From the sequence record OR538032.1: a stretch of 64,000 nucleotides of DNA. One strand, given 5' to 3'. Of the stretch, positions 48,327-57,360 are shown piece after piece; positions within the stretch are counted from its first letter, which is position 1, and every line of letters starts with the position of its first letter. The position numbers and the translations under genes are program-made. Under the pieces are notes generated by a model. The model saw only the letters and a list, made by a program, of their open reading frames with translations, was not told the origin of the DNA and searched no databases.

Positions 48327-48533
48327 ATGAACGTTGGTGAGTTCGTAGAAGGGTTGTTGACATTAATGGTATATGGTATCATTGCAGTTTGTCTTATTCT
48401 CGTACTGTCAGTTGGCGGGCTTATCTTCGGAACGTGGCTCATCATTTCGGGTCATACAATCGCTGGGTGGGTTGTTTCTGTTGTCTCGGCGATTATTTTT
48501 GCTTTCATATGCGCATTAATGAGGAATTTGTAA
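48327..48533 (+). CDS. small membrane protein (2 TM)
   Basis: two long hydrophobic stretches. Confidence 0.7.
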   Translation: MNVGEFVEGLLTLMVYGIIAVCLILVLSVGGLIFGTWLIISGHTIAGWVVSVVSAIIFAFICALMRNL

Positions 48534-48823
48534 TGTCTTTACACATTTACGTAGAAGTTGACACCAACGACGGTGATTATGTCGGCGGTCTAACCGCAGC
48601 ATCAAGTGAAGAAATCGAAAGATTTGAAACACTTGTTCATCTTTCGGGTGATAGTCTAGCGAGTTGGACAGAAGGCGAATGCCAAGATCGCCCGAATTCA
48701 GAAGTATACCCGCAGTTTAGCGAAAATGACATCGAGTTCATTTCCGATAAAATGCCTTACTGTGAATACGGCTTTCACACCGTTGAAAAAATTAAAATTG
48801 TTGATGTGTTGAATACGCTATGA
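48533..48823 (+). CDS. acidic hypothetical protein
   Basis: GAGG RBS and TAATG coupling support ATG 48533 (track starts at 48389). Confidence 0.72.
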   Translation: MSLHIYVEVDTNDGDYVGGLTAASSEEIERFETLVHLSGDSLASWTEGECQDRPNSEVYPQFSENDIEFISDKMPYCEYGFHTVEKIKIVDVLNTL

Positions 48824-49140
48824 TCAATGAAATTCTAGCTTCAAGTAAGCGAATCGACAACGGTCGAACTGTTAAAGACGTTCATATGAGCGTTGTTGAA
48901 GAAGTAGGCGAACTAGCAACTGAAGTTCGCGTCAAGTACGGCACGTCGTACAAAAACGCTGACGTTGACGGCATTCTGGGTGAAGCGGTAGACGGGATTT
49001 TGTGTCTCGTTGATCTGATTTACGTTGATAACCCGAACATCACTGAAGCTGAAATCATGAACGTTGTTCGTAACAAGCTCGCCAAATGGGAGCGCAAAGA
49101 AAACGAACACAAAACAAAATCTGAACAAATGGTGAAATAA
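48820..49140 (+). CDS. MazG-like NTP pyrophosphohydrolase
   Basis: VVEEVGELA ... GILGEAVDGILCLVDL. Confidence 0.85.
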   Translation: MINEILASSKRIDNGRTVKDVHMSVVEEVGELATEVRVKYGTSYKNADVDGILGEAVDGILCLVDLIYVDNPNITEAEIMNVVRNKLAKWERKENEHKTKSEQMVK

Positions 49141-49437
49141 ATGACAAATCGTTATACATTCGAAGAAATTCTTGGTGAAGACTACGAAAACAAAGACTAT
49201 CTTGACTTTCTGCTATATGGCGATGGTGACTTCTCGGGCGTAAACTTCATTGAACAAGATGGTGGTGGCGAAGGTGGTTCTGAATACTGCTACACGATTC
49301 TTGAAAAAGACGGTCGTTACTTCAAGACTGAATACAGTTACTACAGCTACCACGGTTACGACAACTACGGTGATTCGTTCGTTGAAGTTTACCCAAAGCA
49401 AGTTACGATCATCCAATACGTGAGCACTCCTCAGTAA
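49141..49437 (+). CDS. acidic Tyr/Gly-rich hypothetical protein
   Basis: 98 aa; GGGEGGSEY ... YYSYHGY. Confidence 0.75.
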   Translation: MTNRYTFEEILGEDYENKDYLDFLLYGDGDFSGVNFIEQDGGGEGGSEYCYTILEKDGRYFKTEYSYYSYHGYDNYGDSFVEVYPKQVTIIQYVSTPQ

Positions 49438-50198
49438 TGCGTATTGTTGTCGGGTCAACTGCGTTGCATCATAATGGTATTCGACTGCGTAAGACCATTA
49501 AAGATCTAGATGTATTCGTAGACTCGCCCGACTCGGCTAACGACGGGGATGATTTTATTGTCATGCCCGTCGAGATATTGCAGATGTTCGATGGTGATAT
49601 AGCAACTGCTGACGAAATCTACACGATTAAGTGCAGTCATCTTGGTTGGGATGAGCATAAAGTCGGATATAGTCAGTTTGGTGGTTCGACATTGTGGGAC
49701 AAGCACAAGCGTGATGTTATTGCGCTATCACGATTCTGCAAAATCAAGCCTGAGCTATACGCAGCGTTGACGAATCATTGGCGAAAAGAGCTTGGCAATA
49801 AAGAGTATCTGTGCTTGAACAAAGACGCAGACGACTTCTTTAATGACAAAGTGAGATACGTGTATGACCATGATGAACTACATCGAATGGTTGCAGCACC
49901 CAATCGCCCGTTGTATGAGAAAATTCTCAAAGACGACTGTGATGTTTTAGTCAGTAAAGAGAAGTTCGAACAATTGTCATTCGAAGACAAGATCAATTTG
50001 TTCCACGAGGAAATTTCGGTGATTGCTATTGAACGATATATTGTTCACGGTATGATGCCGCTGAATGCGTGGAATCATGCGTTGAAGAAGACAATTACAC
50101 GGCTGACCAAGAATTGGGCATGTGATTTCATTTGTGCAAACATGAGTCATTACATGAAGCCGAAATATAATTTGAATATTCTTGAAGAAAAGGGTTGA
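49437..50198 (+). CDS. putative nucleotidyltransferase (Pol beta-like N-terminus)
   Basis: VVGSTAL ... KDLDVF (GS..DxD); HDELH motif. Confidence 0.6.
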   Translation: MRIVVGSTALHHNGIRLRKTIKDLDVFVDSPDSANDGDDFIVMPVEILQMFDGDIATADEIYTIKCSHLGWDEHKVGYSQFGGSTLWDKHKRDVIALSRFCKIKPELYAALTNHWRKELGNKEYLCLNKDADDFFNDKVRYVYDHDELHRMVAAPNRPLYEKILKDDCDVLVSKEKFEQLSFEDKINLFHEEISVIAIERYIVHGMMPLNAWNHALKKTITRLTKNWACDFICANMSHYMKPKYNLNILEEKG

Positions 50199-50224
50199 CT
50201 GCGGTCAGCCCTTTCGCGTATTAT
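50189..50224 (+). promoter_or_regulatory. terminator hairpin overlapping sigma70 promoter
   Basis: AAAGGGTTGAC-TGCG-GTCAGCCCTTT contains -35 TTGACT; -10 TATTAT 18 nt downstream. Confidence 0.7.
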
Positions 50225-50267
50225 AGCTTCATCAACACGACGTTGACCAAAACAAAGAGAGAACATT

Positions 50268-50597
50268 ATGACTGACCTAACTAAATTCGACATCAAATTT
50301 GCTGAAATCAAAGTCGTTTATTCTATGCGTGCAGAACACCAAAAAGTAGCAATGCGCCTTGAAGACGGTACAATCATGCTGCATGAAGTGCTTTTCATGG
50401 ATGCGAAAGGTTCATATTGTGAAAGTCGCAAACTGTGGAGCACTACAGTTGAAAAAGCATGTGCATGGCCAGGTTATGAGTCAGCGCAGCTTATTGACAA
50501 AATCAAAGCAGCGGGTAAAGTGTCACTTAAACACTGGCGCGCAGCATCAAACGGCGACTACGAAATCTTTCGCCTTATCGAATCATTTGAGGGTTAA
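50268..50597 (+). CDS. hypothetical early protein
   Basis: GAGAG RBS downstream of early promoter. Confidence 0.78.
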   Translation: MTDLTKFDIKFAEIKVVYSMRAEHQKVAMRLEDGTIMLHEVLFMDAKGSYCESRKLWSTTVEKACAWPGYESAQLIDKIKAAGKVSLKHWRAASNGDYEIFRLIESFEG

Positions 50598-50599
50598 TC

Positions 50600-51001
50600 A
50601 TGTCAGAAGTTTACCAAATGTGGGAAAAGAAAATCCAACGCCTTGAAGAAATGCACAAGAAAATCTACGACATGGGTCAACTTGCTGCTGGTGATGAAGG
50701 CAAGTATATTTTCAAGACTGAAATGAAGCGTGAACATCTATCACGCGAGATTTCACATGAAATTGACCATAAAGGTCTAGATCTACACCATCTTATGTAC
50801 AAAGGTTTGCATGAGACAGCACGTGAATATCAAAGTGCAATCATGATTTTCTGCAAAGAAATGCCTCTTGAACAGCGTCGAGAACTGTTTGACAAGATTC
50901 GCGCTGTGTTCAATATTGATGCTTACACCGACGAAGCATGGGACGGCGTTCTTAAACGTTTTAAAGATTCACTGTTAAGCCAAGGTATGATTGAGGAGTA
51001 A
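50600..51001 (+). CDS. hypothetical protein
   Basis: GAGGG RBS, 133 aa. Confidence 0.75.
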   Translation: MSEVYQMWEKKIQRLEEMHKKIYDMGQLAAGDEGKYIFKTEMKREHLSREISHEIDHKGLDLHHLMYKGLHETAREYQSAIMIFCKEMPLEQRRELFDKIRAVFNIDAYTDEAWDGVLKRFKDSLLSQGMIEE

Positions 51002-51004
51002 ATT

Positions 51005-51712
51005 ATGAGCAGCTACAATGTCAAGAAAGCAGAGTGTGAAAAGCGCGGCATTGCATTCAACTTCACAGAAGAACAATGGAAAACATTACAAAATATGAAG
51101 AACGGTGGTCGTTGTGCGTACACAAACCACCCGTTTAATCCAAGCAGCAAGAAAATGCGTGCTACAGTCGAGCGCATTGATGAGTCGATGCCGTATGAAC
51201 CAAAGAACTGTGTTCTTGTGACTCAGCTTGCTAACAACGTAAAGTGTAACTACATCGAGCAGAATCAGCCCGTGAGTAAAGCAAATGCTGAAGAAGTTCA
51301 TACATTGAAGCAGATTCAACGTGTTCTTGCTGATGATAAGAAAGTCAAAAGCATCATTCAGACATATATTGAACGCTACAAAGGTGAAGTTATTGAAACT
51401 CCGATGACTGATCTTGAGATCACCAAGCTATACGTGAAGTACGCAACTGAAGCACAGCGCAAAGGTAAGCACTTTGAAATCACGATAGGCGACTTCAAAC
51501 GAACTGTATCGCGTAAACGCTGCCAGGTTAGCAAAGTACTACTGCCGAACATGAAACAGCGCGTAGTGCGCGTTATAGACGATTCTAAGCCTATTACGTG
51601 TGACAACATTCAAGTAACTTCGCGTCAAATCGACGAAATCATGACTGCCATTGAAGAAATGGACATGACACTCGCGCAAAAACGCGCAATGATGAAATCA
51701 ATTGGAGCATAA
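51005..51712 (+). CDS. srd: Srd-like protein (tandem HNH-like domains)
   Basis: KRGIAFNFT ... RCAYTNHPF ... TVERIDESMPYEPKNCVLV resembles T4 Srd; second degenerate copy in the C-half. Confidence 0.65.
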   Translation: MSSYNVKKAECEKRGIAFNFTEEQWKTLQNMKNGGRCAYTNHPFNPSSKKMRATVERIDESMPYEPKNCVLVTQLANNVKCNYIEQNQPVSKANAEEVHTLKQIQRVLADDKKVKSIIQTYIERYKGEVIETPMTDLEITKLYVKYATEAQRKGKHFEITIGDFKRTVSRKRCQVSKVLLPNMKQRVVRVIDDSKPITCDNIQVTSRQIDEIMTAIEEMDMTLAQKRAMMKSIGA

Positions 51713-51713
51713 C

Positions 51714-51974
51714 ATGAGCTATTTGTTATCAATGAACAAAGGTTGTTCAACTGTAGTAATGGTTAGTGGTGTACCGTTAGTTGTTGATCACGAGATCGAG
51801 TACGTGACGGTTGATAAAAACGGTTACGTGACTGGGTGGACTGAACGCCCTTATTTCGACGAAGACGATAAAACGTGGTCATGTTACGAGCTATATGGTG
51901 AACAATGGCATCTTGCAACGATTGCAAATCCAACACCAGAAGCAATTGAAACATTAATTGAGGTATATCCATGA
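51714..51974 (+). CDS. hypothetical protein
   Basis: GGAG RBS before ATG 51714. Confidence 0.72.
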   Translation: MSYLLSMNKGCSTVVMVSGVPLVVDHEIEYVTVDKNGYVTGWTERPYFDEDDKTWSCYELYGEQWHLATIANPTPEAIETLIEVYP

Positions 51975-52339
51975 AAAACGTAATGCAACAACTTGCAGAT
52001 GAGTATCGTAACTCAGATAAAAATGATCCTGAGTTACACTGTGACATTTTTCTTTTACCCGTTAATGAAGACGGTGGGATTGATTCAGAGTATATCAAAG
52101 AGACACTTTCTGCGGTGTATGCTGAAATTCGTCGATTTACGGGAATGACTCTCACTGAAGCAAGAGAATGGTTCTCGAAACAACAATGTGAAACTTGGTT
52201 TGGTGAATCAAAAATCGTAAACGAAAAAGTTTATAAGTCGTTCTACGTGCGATACGATATTCCTGAAGACTTATTGAAACCCGTATTCACGTCAGATTGG
52301 ACACAGGGTCCGTCTGCAACATTTGAGGAAGCAATTTGA
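51971..52339 (+). CDS. hypothetical protein
   Basis: GAGG RBS, 122 aa. Confidence 0.72.
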   Translation: MKNVMQQLADEYRNSDKNDPELHCDIFLLPVNEDGGIDSEYIKETLSAVYAEIRRFTGMTLTEAREWFSKQQCETWFGESKIVNEKVYKSFYVRYDIPEDLLKPVFTSDWTQGPSATFEEAI

Positions 52340-53076
52340 GAATTTTTATTTTTAGTGGTGCTGGACTTGACGCCGAATCAGGTATCAGCACGTTTCGAGA
52401 CGCAAATGGTTTGTGGGAAAATCATGATATTATGCAAGTTTGCAATATCAATACATTCCTCAACAACTACGAGTTGACTCACAAGTTTTACAACCAACGT
52501 CGCGTGCAATTGGCAGATGTTCACCCGAACGCAGCACATTACAAAATTGCTGAACTATGCGAAAAATACGACGTTGACAATTACACTGCGAACGTTTCTG
52601 ATCTATTAGAGCGTGCGGGGTGTAAAGATGTGAAGCACATTCACGGTGAATTGACCAAGATTGTGCAAGATTACACATCAAAAGACAGTACGGTCATTGA
52701 CATTGGTTACAATGAATATGAACTACGCACTGGTCGACGCGATAAACCGGGTGTTGTATTCTTCAATGAAGGCGCGCCGATGTACACGCAGTTCTGGGGT
52801 GATATTGACACTCTATTGCCAAGCGACATTGCTATCGTTGTTGGTTCAACTCTCGAAATCAACCCAATCCATTGGGATTTGGCAAAAACGGGTTGTAAAT
52901 TCATTTTAATTAATCCGACTGGCATTGATACAGAGAAACACACTGAATTGAATGAAGCTATCCGAATGTGTGATATTTTCATCAACAAGCCAGCCACTGA
53001 GGCATTTGATGAAATTGACAAGCATATTGAAGAACATGTTTCTATTCACTTTCCACATGGCATCCCTTCTGTTTGA
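52336..53076 (+). CDS. Sir2/CobB-family NAD-dependent deacylase
   Basis: FSGAGLDAESGISTFRD, PNAAH, HIHG, KPGVVFFNE, VVGSTL; TTG start after GAGG. Confidence 0.93.
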   Translation: MRIFIFSGAGLDAESGISTFRDANGLWENHDIMQVCNINTFLNNYELTHKFYNQRRVQLADVHPNAAHYKIAELCEKYDVDNYTANVSDLLERAGCKDVKHIHGELTKIVQDYTSKDSTVIDIGYNEYELRTGRRDKPGVVFFNEGAPMYTQFWGDIDTLLPSDIAIVVGSTLEINPIHWDLAKTGCKFILINPTGIDTEKHTELNEAIRMCDIFINKPATEAFDEIDKHIEEHVSIHFPHGIPSV

Positions 53077-53239
53077 AGCAATCGGGATTATCATTAGTGC
53101 GAGTGGTGCTGCTGTTTCTTTCATATCAGCGTTTTTACTCATTCTAGATAAGTTGTATATTTTAGCAGTATGTGCGTCTATACTAGGCGCACTGTTAACG
53201 TACTGCTATGTGAAATTGAGTGAGGAACATGATGTCTAA
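53036..53239 (+). CDS. small membrane protein (2 TM)
   Basis: two hydrophobic segments; start uncertain (53036 or later). Confidence 0.6.
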   Translation: MFLFTFHMASLLFEAIGIIISASGAAVSFISAFLLILDKLYILAVCASILGALLTYCYVKLSEEHDV

Positions 53240-55025
53240 GCAAGACAATTTTCAAATTTTATCAGACAAACAACACGTGCTTAAACGCCCGGGCATGTAC
53301 ATCGGGTCAGTTGATAGAGAAGCACATGAACGTTTTGTTCTAGGCGAATACAAGCAAATCGAATATGTACCGGGTCTTGTGAAAATCATCAACGAAGTGA
53401 TTGACAACTCTCTTGATGAAGCGATTCGTACGAAATTCAAATTTGCAAACGTCATCGAAGTCAAGGTTGAAGGCAATCGAATTACTATTGCAGATAACGG
53501 TCGTGGTATTCCGCAAGACAAAGTTATCGACCCGCATGGTAATGAACTTCTTCGACCAGAAGCTGCGTGGACTCGCACAAAGGCAGGTAGCAACTTCGAA
53601 GACGACCGAACAACTGTTGGTATGAACGGGGTGGGTGCTGCATTAACTAACTACTTCAGTCATCAATTCATCGGTAAAACGTGTGACGGTAAGAACACAG
53701 TTACCGTAAGCTGTTCGAACAACGCAGAGCGTATTTTCGTTAGAACTTCGAAAGGTGGTACACAAGGTACGTCGGTTGAATTCATCCCTGATTTCAATCG
53801 TTTTGGTGTCTTCGGTATTTCACCACAAGACGAAGAAATCATCAAAGATCGATTAGCTGCGTTATCAGTAGCATTCCCTGAAATCACGTTCAAGTACAAT
53901 GGTAAGAAGCACGCACCTACGCTGAAGCAATACGCGAAGATGTTCGGGACTGATGTTTCATTTGAGTTTGATAACGTCGCTTTGTTTATTGCTGCGTCGG
54001 ATGAATTCAGACACAATAGTTTCATCAATGGTGTGCATACTATTAATGGTGGTACGCATGTTGATTATTTCTCGAATAAATTAGCCGATGAGCTAATCCC
54101 GATGATTAAGCGTAAGCACAAAATCAACGTGCCGAAACCACAATTGAAGAACGGATTGACAATTGGTCTGTTTATCAGAAACTTTGTTGACCCGAAATTC
54201 GATAGTCAGACAAAAGAGCGTCTAACGAGTTCTCAAGGTGATGTATCGCCATACTTGAAAGACATTTCTTACGACAAAATTGCCAAGAAGATTTTAGCTG
54301 ATGATGACATCATCATGCCAATCATCGAAGCATTGCTTGCAAAGCAACATGCAGCGGAAGCACGCGAGTTAGCACGCAAGCAGAAAAAAGCACAGAACGC
54401 AAAAGTCGTAGACCACATCAAAGCAACTATGCCTGGTGGTACGTTGTTCTTGACTGAGGGTAAGTCAGCGATTGGTTATTTGATCAAAGTTCGTGACAGT
54501 AAGAAACACGGTGGTATTCCGCTGCGTGGTAAAGTACTGAGCACATGGGGCAAACGCCCTGCTAAGATCATGGAAAATAAAGAACTGTGCGATATTATGT
54601 CAGTTCTGAACATTCAGCTTGGTAACGACGACATTCGAGACATGTATTATCACGACATCGGCATTTTAGTTGACGCTGACGTTGATGGTAAAGGTTCGAT
54701 TTTCCCGTTATTGCTTGCGTTTTTCTATAACTGGCCAGAGCTATACAAACAGAAGCGAATCAAATTCGTTCGTACGCCAGTAGTGATTGCGACTAACAAG
54801 AAAGAAACTAAATGGTTCTATTCTATTGATGAGTATCGCAAGGCTAAGCTGTCTAAAACGTGGAAGATTCGTTACATCAAGGGTTTGGGTTCATTGACTG
54901 AAAAAGAATACAAGAAAGTTATTAACGAGCCAGTTTTTGACGAGATTGTAATTGATGACCCATCTTGTTTTGAACTACTATTCGGTGACGACACTGATAA
55001 ACGTAAGGATTGGATGACCCAATGA
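53232..55025 (+). CDS. gp39: type II topoisomerase ATPase/TOPRIM subunit (fused gp39+gp60)
   Basis: HVLKRPGMYIGS, EVIDNSLDE, DNGRGIP, GMNGVG, TEGKSA, PLRGK, DADVDG, YIKGLGS. Confidence 0.97.
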   Translation: MSKQDNFQILSDKQHVLKRPGMYIGSVDREAHERFVLGEYKQIEYVPGLVKIINEVIDNSLDEAIRTKFKFANVIEVKVEGNRITIADNGRGIPQDKVIDPHGNELLRPEAAWTRTKAGSNFEDDRTTVGMNGVGAALTNYFSHQFIGKTCDGKNTVTVSCSNNAERIFVRTSKGGTQGTSVEFIPDFNRFGVFGISPQDEEIIKDRLAALSVAFPEITFKYNGKKHAPTLKQYAKMFGTDVSFEFDNVALFIAASDEFRHNSFINGVHTINGGTHVDYFSNKLADELIPMIKRKHKINVPKPQLKNGLTIGLFIRNFVDPKFDSQTKERLTSSQGDVSPYLKDISYDKIAKKILADDDIIMPIIEALLAKQHAAEARELARKQKKAQNAKVVDHIKATMPGGTLFLTEGKSAIGYLIKVRDSKKHGGIPLRGKVLSTWGKRPAKIMENKELCDIMSVLNIQLGNDDIRDMYYHDIGILVDADVDGKGSIFPLLLAFFYNWPELYKQKRIKFVRTPVVIATNKKETKWFYSIDEYRKAKLSKTWKIRYIKGLGSLTEKEYKKVINEPVFDEIVIDDPSCFELLFGDDTDKRKDWMTQ

Positions 55026-55252
55026 TTACAGCAAAAGAAGCACGAGCACGCAGGAAGAAACTTCCTGCTGCTGTTGAAAAATCGCTTGAGGAACTGGATT
55101 TTGCGGTGCAATGCGCCGCTCAGTCGAAGAACCGTGTCGATTTTCGCACTGACAAACTGACCGAAAGTGAACGCGATCAACTACGGGCTATACTGATTAG
55201 CCTCGGTTATGAAGCGTTTATTGCCGGTGAAAAACTTGAGGTAATGTGGTAA
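55010..55252 (+). CDS. hypothetical protein (paralog family A)
   Basis: ITAKEARAR ... LGY ... LEVMW. Confidence 0.72.
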   Translation: MDDPMITAKEARARRKKLPAAVEKSLEELDFAVQCAAQSKNRVDFRTDKLTESERDQLRAILISLGYEAFIAGEKLEVMW

Positions 55253-55467
55253 TGAGCAATTTTCTTCGAATTCTAGAAGACATGTGTCGCGACTTTCGCG
55301 GCGAACTGAACGAAGCAGCGACTGCCGAGGTTGATTACTACCTCATTCAGATATATGTCGCGTTGCTTTCACTAGGCTTCGGCGTGCAGATTGCGATTTT
55401 CGTTGCATTTTATGCAATTTTTTACATCCCAATGAGTATGATCGGTCGAGTGGTAGGTATTAAATAA
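55252..55467 (+). CDS. small membrane protein
   Basis: GAGG RBS; hydrophobic C-half. Confidence 0.68.
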   Translation: MSNFLRILEDMCRDFRGELNEAATAEVDYYLIQIYVALLSLGFGVQIAIFVAFYAIFYIPMSMIGRVVGIK

Positions 55468-55484
55468 GAGACGGAGGTGGCACT

Positions 55485-55751
55485 ATGCTAAAGTCTTTTA
55501 TTGAAATATCACTGAACGAAATGACATACCAAGAGTTGCGTGATCTCACGATCAATGAGATTCACGCGCTCGTTAAGAAGCTGAAGAAACAGCTTCCGAA
55601 GAAGTACAAAGACATTATCGACGAACTAGAACCAGACATGTATGAAGATCTGATTGCAGAAATCGCATATGATGGTGGGTTAAAAGGTAAAAAATTTGTC
55701 AACTTAAAAATCCCGAAGCGAATCTTAGATAGGTACGCTGACTACTTCTGA
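55485..55751 (+). CDS. hypothetical protein with CTS-like N-terminus
   Basis: MLKSFIEISLNE; GGAGG RBS; ATTAAATA at 55459-55466. Confidence 0.78.
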   Translation: MLKSFIEISLNEMTYQELRDLTINEIHALVKKLKKQLPKKYKDIIDELEPDMYEDLIAEIAYDGGLKGKKFVNLKIPKRILDRYADYF

Positions 55752-55761
55752 GAGAAATATT

Positions 55762-56154
55762 ATGTTTGATGCTGCTAGTATGCGGGCCCGTTATAAGCCG
55801 AAACAACCGTCCGACCTTCAGATGCAGAAAATCGAAGAATTTCAAGATTTTTTGTATAACACACTGCAATCCATTGATAAAATAGCTGATACAGAACTTG
55901 AGATAAAAGTCGGTATAAAAGCTGAATTTTATGAATCAGCGGTTGTGGAATTCGAGAAATTAGGTTACAATATCAGAGCAGTGAAGAAGACATTCGATAT
56001 TGAAAATCGAATCAATCCTCACGAGCCGCCAGAAATCGGTTACTTAAAGTACGAAACTCACAGTTTAGCACTTGCTTATGTGAATCGTATGTTGAGAGAA
56101 CGCGGTTCTGAACACATGATATTGACGATAATTGATTGGAGACGTAAGGCATGA
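55762..56154 (+). CDS. hypothetical protein (paralog family A, divergent)
   Basis: FDAASMRAR ... KLGY ... IIDW. Confidence 0.72.
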   Translation: MFDAASMRARYKPKQPSDLQMQKIEEFQDFLYNTLQSIDKIADTELEIKVGIKAEFYESAVVEFEKLGYNIRAVKKTFDIENRINPHEPPEIGYLKYETHSLALAYVNRMLRERGSEHMILTIIDWRRKA

Positions 56155-56414
56155 TTATGAAAGCCGAAGAAGCACGAGCCCGCAGCATCAAAGTAATGGA
56201 AGAGAAATTTCCAGTTGACGATCTAGAACATCTAGATGAGCGCATTGCACAAGCAACCGACGAAATGCGTTTTGGTATCAATATTCGAATTCGCGACGAA
56301 ATGCCGGGTATCAATAGCCACAGTCTGAAACGACTATTGATTGAATATCTGCGTTTGCACAATTACAACGCATTTTATGTTGATGACATCTTGGAGATTC
56401 GATGGCAAATTTAA
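56151..56414 (+). CDS. hypothetical protein (paralog family A)
   Basis: MKAEEARAR ... HNYNAF ... LEIRW. Confidence 0.72.
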   Translation: MIMKAEEARARSIKVMEEKFPVDDLEHLDERIAQATDEMRFGINIRIRDEMPGINSHSLKRLLIEYLRLHNYNAFYVDDILEIRWQI

Positions 56415-57130
56415 AGGTTTATTACTGTAGTGATATTCATAACGATTATCACGATGAAAACGCGCTAGAACGCATTACAGGCGACAAAGACGCTGTATTG
56501 GTAGTAGCGGGTGACATTAACAGCAAAGGGCGAACAGTGCGCGACTTAGAAGCTGTCGCAGACCGTTGGCGTGCTGTTATCGCAGTGCCGGGAAATCACG
56601 ATTGGTGGGGTCTTGCGATTCACGAGCGACACAAATTTGAAACTTCGGTTGACAATGTTCACGTATTGCTTGAAGATACAGTTCAGATTGACGACGTGAC
56701 ATTCTGCGGGACTACGCTGTGGCACGAAGTCAATGACTGGTTTGAAGGTCAACGCTGGAAAGAAAACATGAACGACCGTCGTAAGATTCGCGGCCCTCAA
56801 TGGCGACCTTTGTATGGTGAAGATGTTCACGCGCTTCATTGCCAATCAGTAAAATTTATCGAGAAATGTCGCGAGATTGAAGGTAAGAAAGTGTTAATAA
56901 CACATCACGCCCCGTCTCTGAAGAGCATTTCATCTTACTATGCGTACTCAAGTACGAATAGTTTTTATTGCACTGACCTTGAGCATTTGCTTGAAGGGTT
57001 CAACTTTGCAATTCACGGTCATGTTCATCAAGAATTTGACTATCACGTAAACGACTGTAATGTACTGTGTAACCCACGTGCATACGGCTCAGAAAACCCG
57101 GATTACGGGCTTAGGATTTTCGACATATGA
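56402..57130 (+). CDS. calcineurin-like metallophosphoesterase
   Basis: SDIHND, VAGDI, PGNHDW, ITHHAP, IHGHVH, CNPRAY. Confidence 0.93.
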   Translation: MANLKVYYCSDIHNDYHDENALERITGDKDAVLVVAGDINSKGRTVRDLEAVADRWRAVIAVPGNHDWWGLAIHERHKFETSVDNVHVLLEDTVQIDDVTFCGTTLWHEVNDWFEGQRWKENMNDRRKIRGPQWRPLYGEDVHALHCQSVKFIEKCREIEGKKVLITHHAPSLKSISSYYAYSSTNSFYCTDLEHLLEGFNFAIHGHVHQEFDYHVNDCNVLCNPRAYGSENPDYGLRIFDI

Positions 57131-57315
57131 CTTTTTTTCTTGGTTACTTACTAATCGGTGCTTTGCTTACTATTGCTATCAACCCTCAATTGAGTAAGCA
57201 CTTTAAGCAAATGGGTGGCGAAAGCATCATTCTTATGAATGTAGCATCGGTAGTACTATCGCCATTATTCGTAGTTATCCTGCTGATTAAAAAGCTGTTT
57301 GGTAAACTAAAATAA
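57127..57315 (+). CDS. small membrane protein
   Basis: hydrophobic N- and C-terminal segments, basic tail. Confidence 0.68.
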   Translation: MTFFLGYLLIGALLTIAINPQLSKHFKQMGGESIILMNVASVVLSPLFVVILLIKKLFGKLK

Positions 57316-57360
57316 CGTATTAAATACGTGCGTCTAATAATAACGTAAAAGGTAATACAA

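Noticed and set aside
53232-55025. Fused gene 39/60 as a novelty
   Set aside because: The fused form is the usual state in T4 relatives; T4 itself is the split exception
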